Made by a program: the position numbers and the translations under genes. A DNA stretch of 64,000 nt, taken from Anthoceros angustus. Taxonomy: Eukaryota > Plantae > Anthocerotophyta. Positions 24,929-38,400 of the stretch are shown here, piece after piece; within the stretch, counting starts at the first letter, position 1, and each line of letters begins with the position of its first letter. The stretch is taken from NCBI GenBank assembly GCA_010909165.1, contig MU008194.1, forward strand, positions 248,001-312,000, written 5' to 3'. Below the pieces are notes generated by a model. That model saw nothing but the letters and a program-made list of their open reading frames with translations, searched no databases and was not told the DNA's origin.

Positions 24929-27900
24929 ATGGATACACTGGCAGACAGGGGGGATTGCAGGCAGGGGCCATGCAGATCCCGGTCATCCAGCAACCCCAGA
25001 GAGTCCAAACGGCGGTCTCACCCGCATTTTCACCTGGCTGCAACGCAATCCATGAAGTTGGAGGGCTGGACGTCAGCTGCGGAGTCTATGCCACACGTCC
25101 CCGGGGCACCGCCGACGGGGGTGAATTGGAACAGTGGGAGCGGGGGCGGTGCCTGGATCAAGGCTCCCTCTGTCGCAGTGCCTCCGGTGGATTATTATGG
25201 CTACAGCAATGACGACGCGGAATCCAACTCGCCAAGGGGAAGAGGAGCCCAACATGTTGCCAAGAAGTTGGTCTTGGCGAGCAGAGACAAGGAGTCGTTA
25301 TTGGAGGAAATCATTGATCTGAAGAAAGCCCTGTCGGAGCAGGCACAGCACCTTAAGCTCCACAAGGTTCACTCATGCAGCGTCGAATTGGAAAACAGGT
25401 ATGTTCTCCTTGGCTCCCTTTGAATGAGAGTCCCTCGACCTGCAGCCAGCCTCGAAATCCACTGCCAAGTCAGATAACAGTCAGATCTCAGTTGTTTACC
25501 CCAGCAGCATTCTTCGTTCATCCACAGCACCATACTCTACCATTCGTCCTCATCATTTCGTCTGCTACCGTTGGAGCATTTGACTCTGTGTTATCTCTGA
25601 AGCAATACAACTTGCTTTATTCGACTCGTGCGCCTCTGTAACCTTAAATGTGAACCCCTTTCTGTAGAAGGGATCTCGTACCCATTGCTCCTGTTTCGAA
25701 GGGTGTCTTCGCCGTCTGGCCCAGCAGGGTCTGCTCTTGCTAGTTGGCAAGCGCAGACTTGCCATCTTGCCTGGGAATCACAGCGTTGCCCTGTGAGAAG
25801 ACAAAGAACTTCCAGTGCAGTCCCCATGGGACTGAGGACATCTCTTTCCAAGAGACCGAAAACGTATCTTCAAATCTAAGCCTCTCTGCATGTTGTTGAA
25901 ACCTCCCTCCCCTGCAGTCGGTGCCAAGCAAGTTCAGCAAAGGCTGGAGGGTGTGCTCCAGAAATCAGATATTCAAAGTAGGTCATCTTGTCGTGAAGTA
26001 TGCATTCAAATTATGCTGCGAATGCACCACAGGAAGTTGGAAAAGGATGTTGAGGATTTGGAGCTGGCGGGCAGTGGAGATGGTCCACGAACCGGTGGTT
26101 CAACTCGGTTGCGAGCTAAAATTCAAGGTTGGTCACACCCACAAACTACAAACCATCCTAGATTTGTGTCCTTCACATTACTCGCAAAATTTCTATCATA
26201 AGCTATAGTTGAAACAAAAAGCGTGAAATGTCTTGTTAGGCCTCAAGACAAGATGTGGGGATTTGCAATCGACATGTGATGCCCAACATGAAGAAATTGC
26301 TCTATTACGTCGTGACATTCGAGTTACACGAACTAGGGTGAGGATATGATTTTTTATGTGGATTAAAACATAAATGTGTAATATTCTCTCGTGTTCAAAT
26401 GGATTTTATACACCAGGAAATTGAAGTGGAGAGGGATGTTTTTGCTGGAGAAATTTCAAGACTGCAGAAGCTCATCAAAAGAATGAAAGGCTTGCATAAT
26501 CGTATTAGCTGTGAAAATCGGGAGCTTGGTCGTTTGAAAGATAAATCATGTCGTTTGGAAATGGCAAATGCACGACTGGAAAGTTGTATTTCTGTATGAT
26601 TCTGCGCTTTCACAGTTCCTTACTCTCTTTAGAAATTAAACATAATACTTCAATTTTCTAATGTTATATTTGTTTTGTTTGAAGGTTGTACATAAAACTT
26701 TAGAGAGGGCTAATAGAGAAGTAACCCAACACCGACATAAAGCAAATGAATCAGCTCTACAAGCTAAGAGGCATGCTAAACGTTGTAAAGAATTAGAGGA
26801 TCATGCAACCCTTTTGGAAGGCCTTTTAGAACAAGAGAGAATAGAAAAAAGAAAGCTACAAAAAAGGATCCATGACTTGGAGGAGGAGCTTGCGAAATTA
26901 GCTCATGAAAAGGAGACAAGACCCAATTCCAGATCTGACCTTAGGAGCAGAGGAGGACCTGTTGGAGAATCTTGGGGCTTCGGAGATGATAAAGGCGGAG
27001 GCTGGGACCATGATAGTGATAAGCACCACCATAGGAAACATAAAAAACACCATGGACATGAAGGTGGAGGTGGTTTGTTTTCTGGATTCTTTGGTGGCGG
27101 TGGTGGCAGTGGGGGTAGTGGTGGTGGGCGGGGTGGTGGCGGTGGGAGTGGGGGTGGCGGGAGTGGTGGAGTTGGAGGAGGTGGAGTTAAAGCCGAAACA
27201 GATGCAGCGGAACGTTTACCTCAAGGAAAGCAACCTGGGCATGGCGTAGATACCCCTCCTAAGGGCCATCCTCCAGGGCCTGGAGCTGGAGGGGGAGCAG
27301 TAGCAGCTTCAAAAGGAGCTGCAATAGCCAAAAAAGAAGTCGTAGTTCCAAAGTTAAATCTAGATGGACTCGAGGGTAAAGCTGAAGGGTTGATGTTTGA
27401 TAAAGACTCAAAACCTATTACTTTGCATGATAAGCATCAAAGAGGCTTTTTCGATAAGGAGCATAAGGAAATGGTGTACGACAAGGATAAACCTATCCCT
27501 AAGGATAAGGAGGGCAAGCCACTCTTTGATAAACGAGGTAATTCAATTTTCTATGATAAAAAAGGAGCAATCATTAAAACAAATAAAGAAGGGAACCCAT
27601 TATTCGATAAAGATGGAAGACCATTGTTTGACAAGAGTGGTAATCCTATTACCTATGACAAAGATGGAAATATCGTGCCAGCCAAAAAAGATGTTAAGGA
27701 TACAAAGACTAAGGATATTAAGATTACCCCGGGAGATATGGATGATAAATTTGCGAAAGATGCTGCGCCTATTCCCTTGCATGATAAGAGTGCTAGACCA
27801 TTGTTTGATGATGATCACAAACCTATAACATATGATAATCAAAATAAGCCTATACCCAGAGATAAGAATGGGAACCTATTGTACAATAAGAATGGATCTG

Positions 27901-29624
27901 CTGTATACTATGACAAAAATGGGAAAAGAATACCAACTGATGAGCAAGGTAGACCATTATTTGATGAATATGGTAGACCATTATTTGATAAAGACGGAAA
28001 TCCAATATACTACGATAAAGATGGCAATATTGTCGATAAATTTGGTCGTCCGCTCTTTGACAAAGATGGCAATCCAATTTATTATGATAAAGATGGTAAC
28101 AGAGTTGATAAAGATGGCAATAGACTTGATAAAGATGGTAATAGACTTGATAAAGATGGTAATAGACTTGATAAAGGTAGTAACCTACTTGACAAAGATG
28201 GTAAGTTATTGAGTAAAGGTGCAAAGGGCAAGGGCCCAGCAGAAGGTTATGATGAGTGGGGCAATAAGCTTGGTAGTCCCGAAGCTGAAAGGAGAAGGCT
28301 AGAAGAATTGGCAAAAGAGAAAAATAAATATCATATTACTGTCAATGATACTAATATTGACACTAATGAGTTTGAACTTGAAAAAGATAAAGATGGAAAT
28401 GTTTCCATAGATATATCACTAAAAAGTCCTCCAGGAGAACCAGAAGACTTAATCTTATCACCTCACGAGCTTCAACTTTTGGCACAACACAAAGAAGTTG
28501 CCAAAAGCACAGAGACCCTCATAGGAAAACATTTAGAAATCAAGGATGATACTAAGGAGATATTACATGATATAGATGAAACACATCATGCAAAATTGGA
28601 CCATGAACAAGAAGAGGTCCTAGATAAACAAATGAACGTAGCAAAGACTATGGAAGATATATTAGAAAAACATAAGGATGTAGCTAAGGCTATTGAAAAA
28701 GAAATAACAAGCCAAGAAGTTAAAGCAGCACTTAGAGCATCTAGGTCAGAGGGAGGAGAACATAGTGGACACGGGAAAAAAGTCAGCATAAAAGATCCAA
28801 GTGCTGAGGGTGGTGATGGATCCGGAAAGAGTGGAAAGCGCCGATCCTCAAGGAAAAGTAGTAGCAAATATGGTATCCATGCAAGTGAAAGTTCGGATGA
28901 AGAGGGAGGACAGAGTGCCAAATCTGGAAGGAAATCGATAGCTGGGACAGGGACTGGAGGTGATCCACACAGAAAAACCAGCAGGGTTGGAGGGGCTGGA
29001 CAAGACTCTGATCCCTTTGCTCGAGGAAAAGCAAGGGCAGGACAAGGAAAATCAACAGAAGAAGATGATAAGTTTGCACATGATACTAGACAAAGGATAT
29101 CAGTGCGAGAAGACATGGCACCTGAAAGGTTGGGTGGCCATGGTGAGGAGTATTTGGATCTACCTGCTACTGTGGAGTCTGTTGATGATGTCAAAAAAGC
29201 ATTTGGAGGGAAAATGGAGCGCCATTCATTTGATCATCATGCCCATGATCTTGCAAGTGTACATGATGATGTCAAAGACGTGCTGCATTCTGCATTGGAT
29301 TCAGTTCGAGGGCATGGAGAACAAGAAGGCCATGGTGGTACAAGTGGTGGTGGTCATGGTAGTTCAGATGATCCAAGTGGGTCTGGTGGGACAGGAGGGT
29401 CTAGTAGCCACGAGGGTGGCTCATCCGGTGGTGGTAGTGGTCGTAAAAAGCCATTTGGTGGAGCAGGTGTTCTACAACTTGGTCTCATAAAGGAAAACAT
29501 GAAAGAAGTTCTAGAGCACTTAGATAATATCAAGGGAGTATTGGTCCACAGAAAAGATGAGCCACATGAAGATGATAAACATGATGGTCAACATAAACAT
29601 GATGAACCCCCACATTCATCTTAA
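24929..29624 (+). CDS. IQCE-like coiled-coil protein with a ~980-aa last exon (Gly-rich, DKDG repeats, acidic/His-rich tail); start may lie upstream
   Basis: Phase-consistent exons ~24929-25398, 26033-26127, 26240-26337, 26417-26593, 26685-29624. RDKESLLEEIIDLKKAL and IQGLKTRCGDLQSTC...EISRLQKLI align without gaps to the human IQCE coiled coil as recalled. Confidence 0.75.
27399..28211 (+). repeat. Coding repeat array of about 29 D(K)xG(N/R/K)P(L/I)(F/Y)-like units of 7-10 aa, including six 21-nt units at 28086-28211
   Basis: Counted by eye from the translation; gataaagatggtaatagactt is repeated perfectly at 28128 and 28149. Confidence 0.9.
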
Positions 29625-31305
29625 GAGCAAGAAGTTAGGGATCTAAAATCCTGCAAACTATATTGAGCCATTAATCTATTAATAGCTCATTAGTTGATAG
29701 AAAGTGGCTGTTGAATATTTGTCATCTAAGAAATGACCTTACATGAACATGATATGCAAAAGCTCTTTTGAGCATTGATACATCTTGAATGGTGCCTCAT
29801 TTTACCAGCTTACAGCTTGCTCATGCAAGTTTTCATTAAGGGAGCTTGGTCTCCCATATTTATCCTATAGTTATGAGGTTCACCTTCATAATTATGTCCT
29901 ACTTTTTGTGACATATTCTGAATAAGAACCAACAACATCTTAAAAGAAATCACTTTTGTAGAAGAGGAGGATCTCAAACATTTTTAGAAGAAGTCTCAAA
30001 CATTTTTGGAGCTTCTCCCTGATTACATGTCAAAAACATGACTTGTTATTTTTTGGCTCATAATTTTGCTCTCGTAGTTAGAGATTTAATGAGCAAAGCG
30101 AAAAACAATTAGTTTTCATCTAAGAAATTTTAAACTCTATTTTTTTATAGTACTATGAAAGAATTATTTATTAACCATATCCAGAGCTAGGTGCTTGTAT
30201 TTAGTCAATTATGTAATTTTGAGAAGAATATTATTTAAGTTTTTTAATTATTTTTTTGCACCATTTCAAAGAAAATTTAGATGTACCTACGTATTAAAGA
30301 AATAAGAATTTCAAACTTGAGCATGAAACCATTAACAATCATTTTCAAAGATTTCACACTAGTGACAACTACAAGAAACTTGTGCACCTCATCACTAGAG
30401 GGCCATGACTAAAATATAATATATGAATAAATAATGAATAATTAATAAAAATAATATAAAATTTTATATTAATAATAATCTCAATTAGCATGCTCATATA
30501 TATTTTCCTTATTGTGAACCACTGATACACGAATGGAACACTAGATCCGAGTAGATATAATAAATTTTCAAAAGAAGAATTCTTGCTCCCCATTTTATGA
30601 TGAAGTATTTTCTTTGATTTCATGTATTGGTAGCTTTTGTCTACTATGAGGCTTGAGCAAATGAGTCTGATTTTTTTTTTAATTTGCTATTTTGAAAAAT
30701 AAATCAAAACAACCTCGAAGGAAAAATCTTCGGCTAGGGTTTTGATTCCCCTATGTTACATATCGTATTATCGCATTAAAAAGAGACGGTCCTCTTCTCA
30801 AGGTCATATGAATACGTGCCTAGATACCATCACATGAGTCTGATATCAAATTTTTAACATTTGTGTTCAATATCTATCCTACCGACTTCTATCCATCTGA
30901 ACCCTCTTCAATACATCCCAATTTATAACACAGCATCAAGTGAGTATAATCATGTATGAACATTCTTGAAGAAATTATCCTACATAGTCATAACGGTATT
31001 TAAACTATTTAAATAAAATTAAACATCCAAGCTCATAATTGTGAGAAAAATTTGGAGCAAAAAGCCTTGCAACCTTATAGCCATGCTAGCTTCGAGAAGA
31101 GGTACAGGCCTTAGTTTTTGTAAGAGGTAAGTCTCCTACTTCAGCATAATCCTGGACTGAAATGTATTTTCAAGGGGTATGTTAAAAAGTAGCTTGTTAA
31201 AAGGGCAATGCTTCCTCTTGTTCCGGGTCATTGTCTAGATGTCCGCGGGACGATCGGGAGAGATTCACTGGTGGGATATCTTTTTATATGATCGAGATTT
31301 CCATT

Positions 31306-33393
31306 CTACACATCTTCCTTTTCCTTCTCAGACAATGGCTTCAACACCAACTTTGTTTGTGGTACATGGCCCCCTTCTTCCTTCAGACGTTCATTCATGC
31401 TCTCAGCCTTGAATGAAATATCATGTCTCTTGTCTCCCACCACAAATGTATGTACCTGCTTCTTCACCTCAATCCCCGCCACTAAAGGTTTCTTGTTAGC
31501 TCCTGCTACCTTTCTCTGTGTTTCAATCCTCTCTACATCAGACCACATACCCACATCCGCGTAGACACTGGCCATGAGCACATATGCAGATTGATGCCAT
31601 GATGTTCAACCATGGAATCAAAGAGCTTGCGACCCTCACCAACCAGTCCCTCATGACTGCATGCTACTAGAAGGCAAGTAAATGTAGTAGCATCAGGCTG
31701 AACACCATCGACTAACATCTCCTCAAAACAAGCTAGGGCATTGTGACCTTCATCACAAGAACCACACCCGGCTATCAGGGCCGTCCATGTCACCACATCC
31801 TTTGTAGCCAGACTGTCAAACACCTGGCGTGCATCTTCCAGTTGGCCACTTGCATACTTGTCCACCAGGCAGGAGCCCAACAGTACGTTATCCAGCTGCC
31901 CTCTTTCCACAATGTGAGAGTGCAGCTGCTTGCCCTTCTGTAAGACACCAGTGCTTGCACAGGCCTTCAGAAGACAAGCAAGAGTAACATGGTCAGGTAA
32001 GACTAGGCCCTCCTTTTCCGTTTGTCCATACAGAACCAGCGCCTCCTGGCCGAGACCTTGCTGTGCATACCCAGCAATCAGGGCACTCCATGTCACCAGA
32101 TCCTTTGTGGCCAAGCTGTCAAAGACCTTGCGTGCATCTTCCAGTTAGCCACATTAAGCATACATGTCAACCAGGCAGGGGCCCACCAGCACATTGTCTA
32201 GATGTCCTCTTTCCACAATCTGCGATTGCAGCTGCCTTCCCTTCTGTAAGGTGCCAGCACTTGCACAGGCCTTCAGAAGGCAAGCAAACGTAACCTAGTT
32301 GGCCACAAGCAGGCCCTCTTGCTCCTTTTGTCCATACAGAACAAGCGCCTCCTGGTCAAGAACTTGCTGTGCATCCCCAGCAATCAGGGCCGTCCATGTC
32401 ACCACATCCTTTGTCGCCAAGCTGTCAAAAACCCGGCATGCATCTTCCATTTGGCCACATTTTGCATACATGTCCACCAGGTAGGTGCCCAAGAGCACGT
32501 TATCTACCTTTCCTCGTTCCACAATCTGCAAGTGAAGTTGCCTGCCCGTGTGCAAGGCACCAGTGCTCGCACAGGCCTTTAGAAGGCAAGCAAAGGCAAC
32601 CTGGTCAGCCACACGCAGGCCCCTCCTGCTCCATCTGTCCATGTAGCACTATCGCCTCTTGACCGAGTCCTTGCTGTGGATACCCAGCGATCAAGGCATT
32701 TACATCAGCACATCCTTGGTGGCCAAGCTGTCAAAAACCTGGCGTGCATCGTCCAGTTGGCCACATTTTGCATAGATGTCCACCAGGCAGGTGCCAACAA
32801 ACAGGTCAGGAGTAATTCCACTGGCAACACATCCCAGAGCACCTTTCTGCCAGATTCCAAGTCGCCGGCAAATGCACAAGCTTGCAAGGCAGCTATAAAG
32901 ACGTGAGCATCCGGATGCCTTCACACCTGAGCCCTGCATCTCATGGTACTGTCGTATAGCATCGTGAGTTTTCCCATGTTTAGCATGGGCGGAGATTATA
33001 GAGGACCACATAAAGGCATCCGGGTTTCCCCACCCTGGTCAACACATCCATGGCCTCCTGCAACCTACCTCCACAAGCATGCATGCGCAAGATATGGTTC
33101 CCCAAATACGTGTTCGACTCGTACTCTAGTTTGACAGTGAGAAGACGAACTCGTCGCCGAACAACCATATCCTTCTTAGCTGCACACAGCTTCAGCACAT
33201 TATAAAACACATACTGTGAAATAGGACAGTCTGTGAGCGCCAGCAATTCCAGGGCTCCAACAGCCTCAACAAGCTTCCCCTGTTGACATAAGGTGCTCAC
33301 GGTTGCAGCCGTTACGCGCATTTCAAATTCTGCAGGTCTGCTAGTGGAAGGACCAGGCATGTGCATATCCAACGAGCCCAGCTGCTCATCCAC
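31306..33393 (-). pseudogene. PLS-class PPR gene with E/E+ region, frameshifted and truncated before the DYW catalytic motif
   Basis: Repeated KDVVTWTALIAG..QQG / ACLLKACASTG / LVDMYAKCGQ triplets, then KKPLVAGIEVKKQVHTFVVGD...VPQTKLVLKPLSEKEKEDV followed by a stop. Several frameshifts. Confidence 0.85.
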
Positions 33394-34504
33394 CCACGCT
33401 GGCTTGGAAGGGGTGTCCCGGACCCCTTCCGCCGGAAATCAGGCGACGGGAGCTCCTCTTATCCCGCCTGTTATCCCACCACATGGTAGGGTCCAGAAAA
33501 AATAGTCGCCACAAGAGCTCCTGCTCCTGTCGACGGCCATCTCTGGAAAATCCTTCTCCAGCCGTAGATTTTCTGGGAAATGCTGGGCCACCTATACTGC
33601 TGCACCTGCACCTCGAGCCACGCTTGCTCGCCAGCGATTCACTTCCTGAGGTGGGGTGGGGAGAATCGCCTCACAGAATCCCTGTAGACCCACCAATTGG
33701 CTGGGTCCACAAGTGATCCGATTGCCACATTGTGGCCAGCTTGCAGGCACACAGGCGCAAGCTTACAAACAAAGGCCAGCACAGCTCATACGCTACATCG
33801 TCTAGAGACTTCCATCACCTCAATGCACGCTTCATTTTCCAGAGTGCGACGATCGCTCCTCGCAACTCGACAGCAGTTCATTTTGCTGCCTCGCCTGGAG
33901 GAACAAAGAACCGATTTTTCATGTGCTGCATAAGCAGTAAGTACATAATCGGAGTCCTATGCGTAAAACGGTAGACCAGCCCATAGGCAGTCAGACTTAT
34001 AACTGAAACACCTAGAGCCCACCATCGAACCGTTTTGACATCGTCCAAACAATGGAGACTAACCCTAAACCTTCAATGGTGACTGAGCTGTGGCATCGAC
34101 CGATGCGCCCGGCTGTCGGGACCGTGCTTGAGCGTGGATGTAGGCAGGATGGCATATCCGAAATGAGGAAGAGTGCCACAGCAGGGTTTGCTGTGCAAAG
34201 ATAGGCGTTTGTTGAATGAAATCTTCAACATTGAGTCCATCTGTCCCTCGCACGGGGGACACAGATGTACGCAAAAAAGATATGGTTTTGCAGAGGATGC
34301 GATGCGCAACCCTGTTCTGCCACTAGTTGCGCATTTCCATCCTGAAGCAGCGGCCAGGTTTCCTGTGCAGCACAGGAAGGGTTGAAGAGGGACGTAGCGG
34401 TGTCCAACCTAGATGAAACCCTTGCACATGGCCTGGATTCCTTGTGCCCGGTCGATTGTCACCACATTGAGACTAGAGAGGGTACAAGGGAGGGGTAGGA
34501 TACC

Positions 34505-35059
34505 ATGAAAGACGAACGCGAAGCCTTAGCCCACATTGACAAGTCCCCGAGCTCGTGGAGTCTTGACAAACTCTCCCCCGAGCGGTTGCGAAGGCTCAAG
34601 CTCTATACTGGGCTTGGGCTTCTGGCCATAGGCCTGTCCGGAACCCTTGCCTTCTTCATTCGGAGGCAGAGGAAGGGGAGGAGGTTCAAAGGGTCCAATT
34701 ATGCCCGTAGCTTTCCCCGAGGTGACGCAGGCTTTGCGTCTGTGGGAAGACAACTCGAAACGGGACTCGAAATTGATGAATACGAGCATCGATATGAGAG
34801 GGGTGAGAGCTCCCGGCGCAGGGGTCCAAGGGACTTACGCGACATGGAGAACGCTCTTTTCAACACTACTCCTCCATCCAGTGTGGGGTACTCAGTTTAC
34901 TCAGACGACATCCCGTCTTATGAGTATGAGCAACCTCGGTCAGCTACATGGAGGAGTTTTGTTGGTATTCTCATCTTTGTGTTATCCATTTTTGTGATAG
35001 CATGGAGAAACGAACTCTTGGGAGACATGGATGACACAATAGAAACAGAGGACGACTAG
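34505..35059 (+). CDS. Putative membrane protein of unknown function (two hydrophobic segments); may be the last exon of a longer gene
   Basis: 184-aa open frame with LYTGLGLLAIGLSGTLAFFI and FVGILIFVLSIFVIAW and an acidic C-terminus. No family recognised. Confidence 0.5.
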   Translation: MKDEREALAHIDKSPSSWSLDKLSPERLRRLKLYTGLGLLAIGLSGTLAFFIRRQRKGRRFKGSNYARSFPRGDAGFASVGRQLETGLEIDEYEHRYERGESSRRRGPRDLRDMENALFNTTPPSSVGYSVYSDDIPSYEYEQPRSATWRSFVGILIFVLSIFVIAWRNELLGDMDDTIETEDD

Positions 35060-35423
35060 ATTTTGAGTGATCCATTTCCACAGCAGGAGGCACTTTCCGA
35101 TGACGCTGAACAGTCCTGACAGTAGATGGAAGGGCTTTAAGGTCTCTTCGAAGAGATGCCTAACCCAACTTTAGTCTTAGGGCACGTAGGACGTTACAAA
35201 TTTTTCCTATTGAGGATGCTAGCATGACTCAGCAACCATCACCAACCACCTAAGGCCATTAGTGATTATCTCCGGACAGGTTCCTCCGGAGGAAGTGCGA
35301 AGGGAGCCAGTTCACCTATCTCAGGATGATCACCCTGTCATGGAAAAGTGCAACGAGTCAGAACATCATCCAGCGAGTAAGTATGTGTTCCAACTCGTGC
35401 TGTAGCTTTCCCAAGAAAGACAT

Positions 35424-38400
35424 TCAGAGAGTTTTCCCTGGTGGGAAAAATCTGGGATGGAACGAACCAGTAGCTGAGTTACATTCCATTCATTTCGAAA
35501 TAGCAAAACAGGGCGCCCCCACTGCATCACAATCAAACAGTCCCTCAGAACCTGGAGATTTTTCCGAAGGCTATAAGGCTAACAATCAGCGAATGAGAGA
35601 ATCTAACAAACACTAACCCGATCCTTCACCGTTGCACAGTTGTAGATTTTGCCAACTCTTTCGAGGGCGGGCCAACCTCCAGACACCCATCGTGCCACAC
35701 TGAATCCAATTGGCTCAAGTTGAGTCTCTACGTTGTATTCACTCAGCATGCGGTACTGTACCACCTGAAACCAGACGCATAATTTCATATCTCGGTTTCA
35801 GGGACACTATCCTTGAGGGACAGAACTGATGTAGATACCTCAAATTGGAGCTGCCCCACAGCTGCTAAAATTGGATCAGTTCTTCCAGAATCAACGGAAA
35901 ACAGTGCCTGCCGTACAACAACCAGCCAATTGTTGAGAGAGCACTCGACGTGCATCCTATAATAGCTTACCACTTAAGGAAAAGCTATGCTTAACGAAAC
36001 TAGATCTTGGTCCTGACAACGACGCACCTGTACTGCACCTTCACCGAGCAACTCATTTATCCCCTTCTGGAACTGCTTGTACTTGGACGGATTTGGGTTC
36101 CTCATGTAACAGAACAGTTCAGGAGAAAACGATGGGATTCCTGGGAAAGTCCTCCTTGGGCCAGTGTACAGCGTGTCACCAATGCAGAAGGCATTTGGAT
36201 TGTTCAATCCAATGACTGGACCAAGGGACCCAAGTCAACTGAGGCAAGGACCATCCAGCGCTAGACATGCGCAAACCATCTTAATCATTGGCAATGACGA
36301 GACGAGTACCTACCATCACCCGCAAACCCAGTTTCAACAGTAGAACGGTCTTGCGCAAACATCTTCTGTGGTCTTGTTAACGACAATACTTTGCCTGTGC
36401 GAGCAAGCTGAACTTTCATGCCTTTACTGAACTGACCTGCCAGAAACAGGAGGTCAGTATTGTCGTCAAGGGCCTCACATGTTCAAGGTACACAGTGAGA
36501 GAACAAGTCCGAACCTGAACAAACCCTCACAAAGGCGACCTTGTCTCTGTGCTTTGGGTCCATATTCGCTTGCAACTGAATCCACCAGAGGGAGAATAAC
36601 AGCTTCAGGTAATGACCATAAGCAAGAATTACAGAAGCCGAAGTCACAAGGAATGCTTCTAAAAATGATCCATGATTGCATCATCCTCCAACTCTTACAA
36701 CAGTCAGTGGGTCAGAGCCTGTAACAATTGTTGACCAAAGATATCTGCTAACATACTTGACTTGGGAGGCTCAACGAGGTGGTGTCAGCAAACACATTCA
36801 CCAGATTCTGCTAAGAAACTCGAGTTGGGCTTTTTTTTATGCTCATATTCGAGCTGCCATTGTTTCCAAAGAGAGCCCAATGACTGAAAGCATCCTAGAC
36901 TAAAACTTTTAAAGTCAGCTCTACCCTTCAAAAGATAAATGCCAGGAACAATGTTGACGAGCAACAATCAGGGTGCCCATTGGCTGATGGCCTTGAGACC
37001 TGAAACGACATCTCGCCATCATTCTATCTGCCTGCAGGGTCACTGCCTCACCATGCCTTACAGCACTCCACAGTACTGCTAGAAACCAGACAGATACAAT
37101 ACACAACAGCAGAAGATATGACTTTTGAAAATCACAAGTAGACTCTGCTGTTGAAAACAAATACTAGCAAGCATGTTGATGAGCAACCGTCAAAGCCCAT
37201 TAGGTGATGGCCTTGAGACCTGAACCAACATCTCCTCATCATGGTAATCTACCTGCAGGGTCACTGCTCCTTGCGCGTTGTAGGGCACTCTACAGTACTG
37301 CTGTAAACCAGGGAGACAGGACGCAACCTCTAAAGGTCAACACCAAGGCATCTCTATCAAAGCCATTCCACCTGAGAAGGGAACGTCCATGGCCTGTACA
37401 CTGTTGTTACCTTGAAAACAAAGCCCGTGAAGTGGGGATACTCAGGGAGGACCTCTCCCGCATCACTATGATGCTTGCCTGGTCGAACGGCACATTCAAG
37501 AAAGCTCTCCAAGAAAAGCTCAACCTGAAAACATAAGACATAAGAACCCTCCTTTAGAAAAGACAAGTCAAATACATCCAAAGGAAAATGCCCAACTCAT
37601 CCTCATTTGACTGTTGAGTAGCAGGAATCTTACCCCAAAATTGTTCATTGCACTACCAAAGAAAACTGGGGACAAATCTCCAGAATGCACAAGATTCAAG
37701 TCCAATGGTGGTGTCAGCTCCTCCAGAAGCTCAATCTCCTCCTGTGAGAATGAAACTTTCAGCACATTTCACAAAAGAAGCACGAACCAAGGCCAACCAT
37801 AGTGTATACCTGCAGTTGTTGGAATAGATCTCCTGGAATAATCTGCTCAAGGCGAGGATCACCCCATGGGATGACTTGCACTGTTGCTTCTTTCGTTCCA
37901 TGTTTCTCACCCTTATCAAAGAGATGAACTTCTTGACGAGGTCTGTGGACAACACCCATGAACCTGCATTCATTCGTGGACCAGTTATATGACCTGCCCT
38001 CACAAGACCAGCTGCTAAATGACACCAAAAGCATGCGAGCCAGCAGAGGAAGTCCTCTGCATACCTGTCACCTGATCCAATCAATGTTCATAGGATAAGT
38101 AGCAAGACCAAACTCCTTTTCAATTTGGTCTAGGAGCTCCAATGGTGCTAAACAGGACGGTCCATCTTATTCATGAAAGTAAATATTGGCAGCTTGCGCA
38201 TTCTGCAAACCTGTCAGGAGAATCAGGAATGTCCATCAGTTCAGAAACAAGATACAAGTCACAAGGAATGCTTCTAAAAATGATCCATGATTGCATCATC
38301 CTCCAACTCTTACAACAGTCAGTGGGTCAGAGCCTGTAACAATTGTTGACCAAAGATATCTGCTAACATCGCCGGACTTGGGAGGCTCAACGAGGTGGTG

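Noticed and set aside
25890-25980. Extra IQCE-like exon (VGAKQVQQRLEGVLQKSDIQ)
   Set aside because: Exon 1 joins 26033 in phase and matches IQCE spacing without it; alternative use is not excluded.
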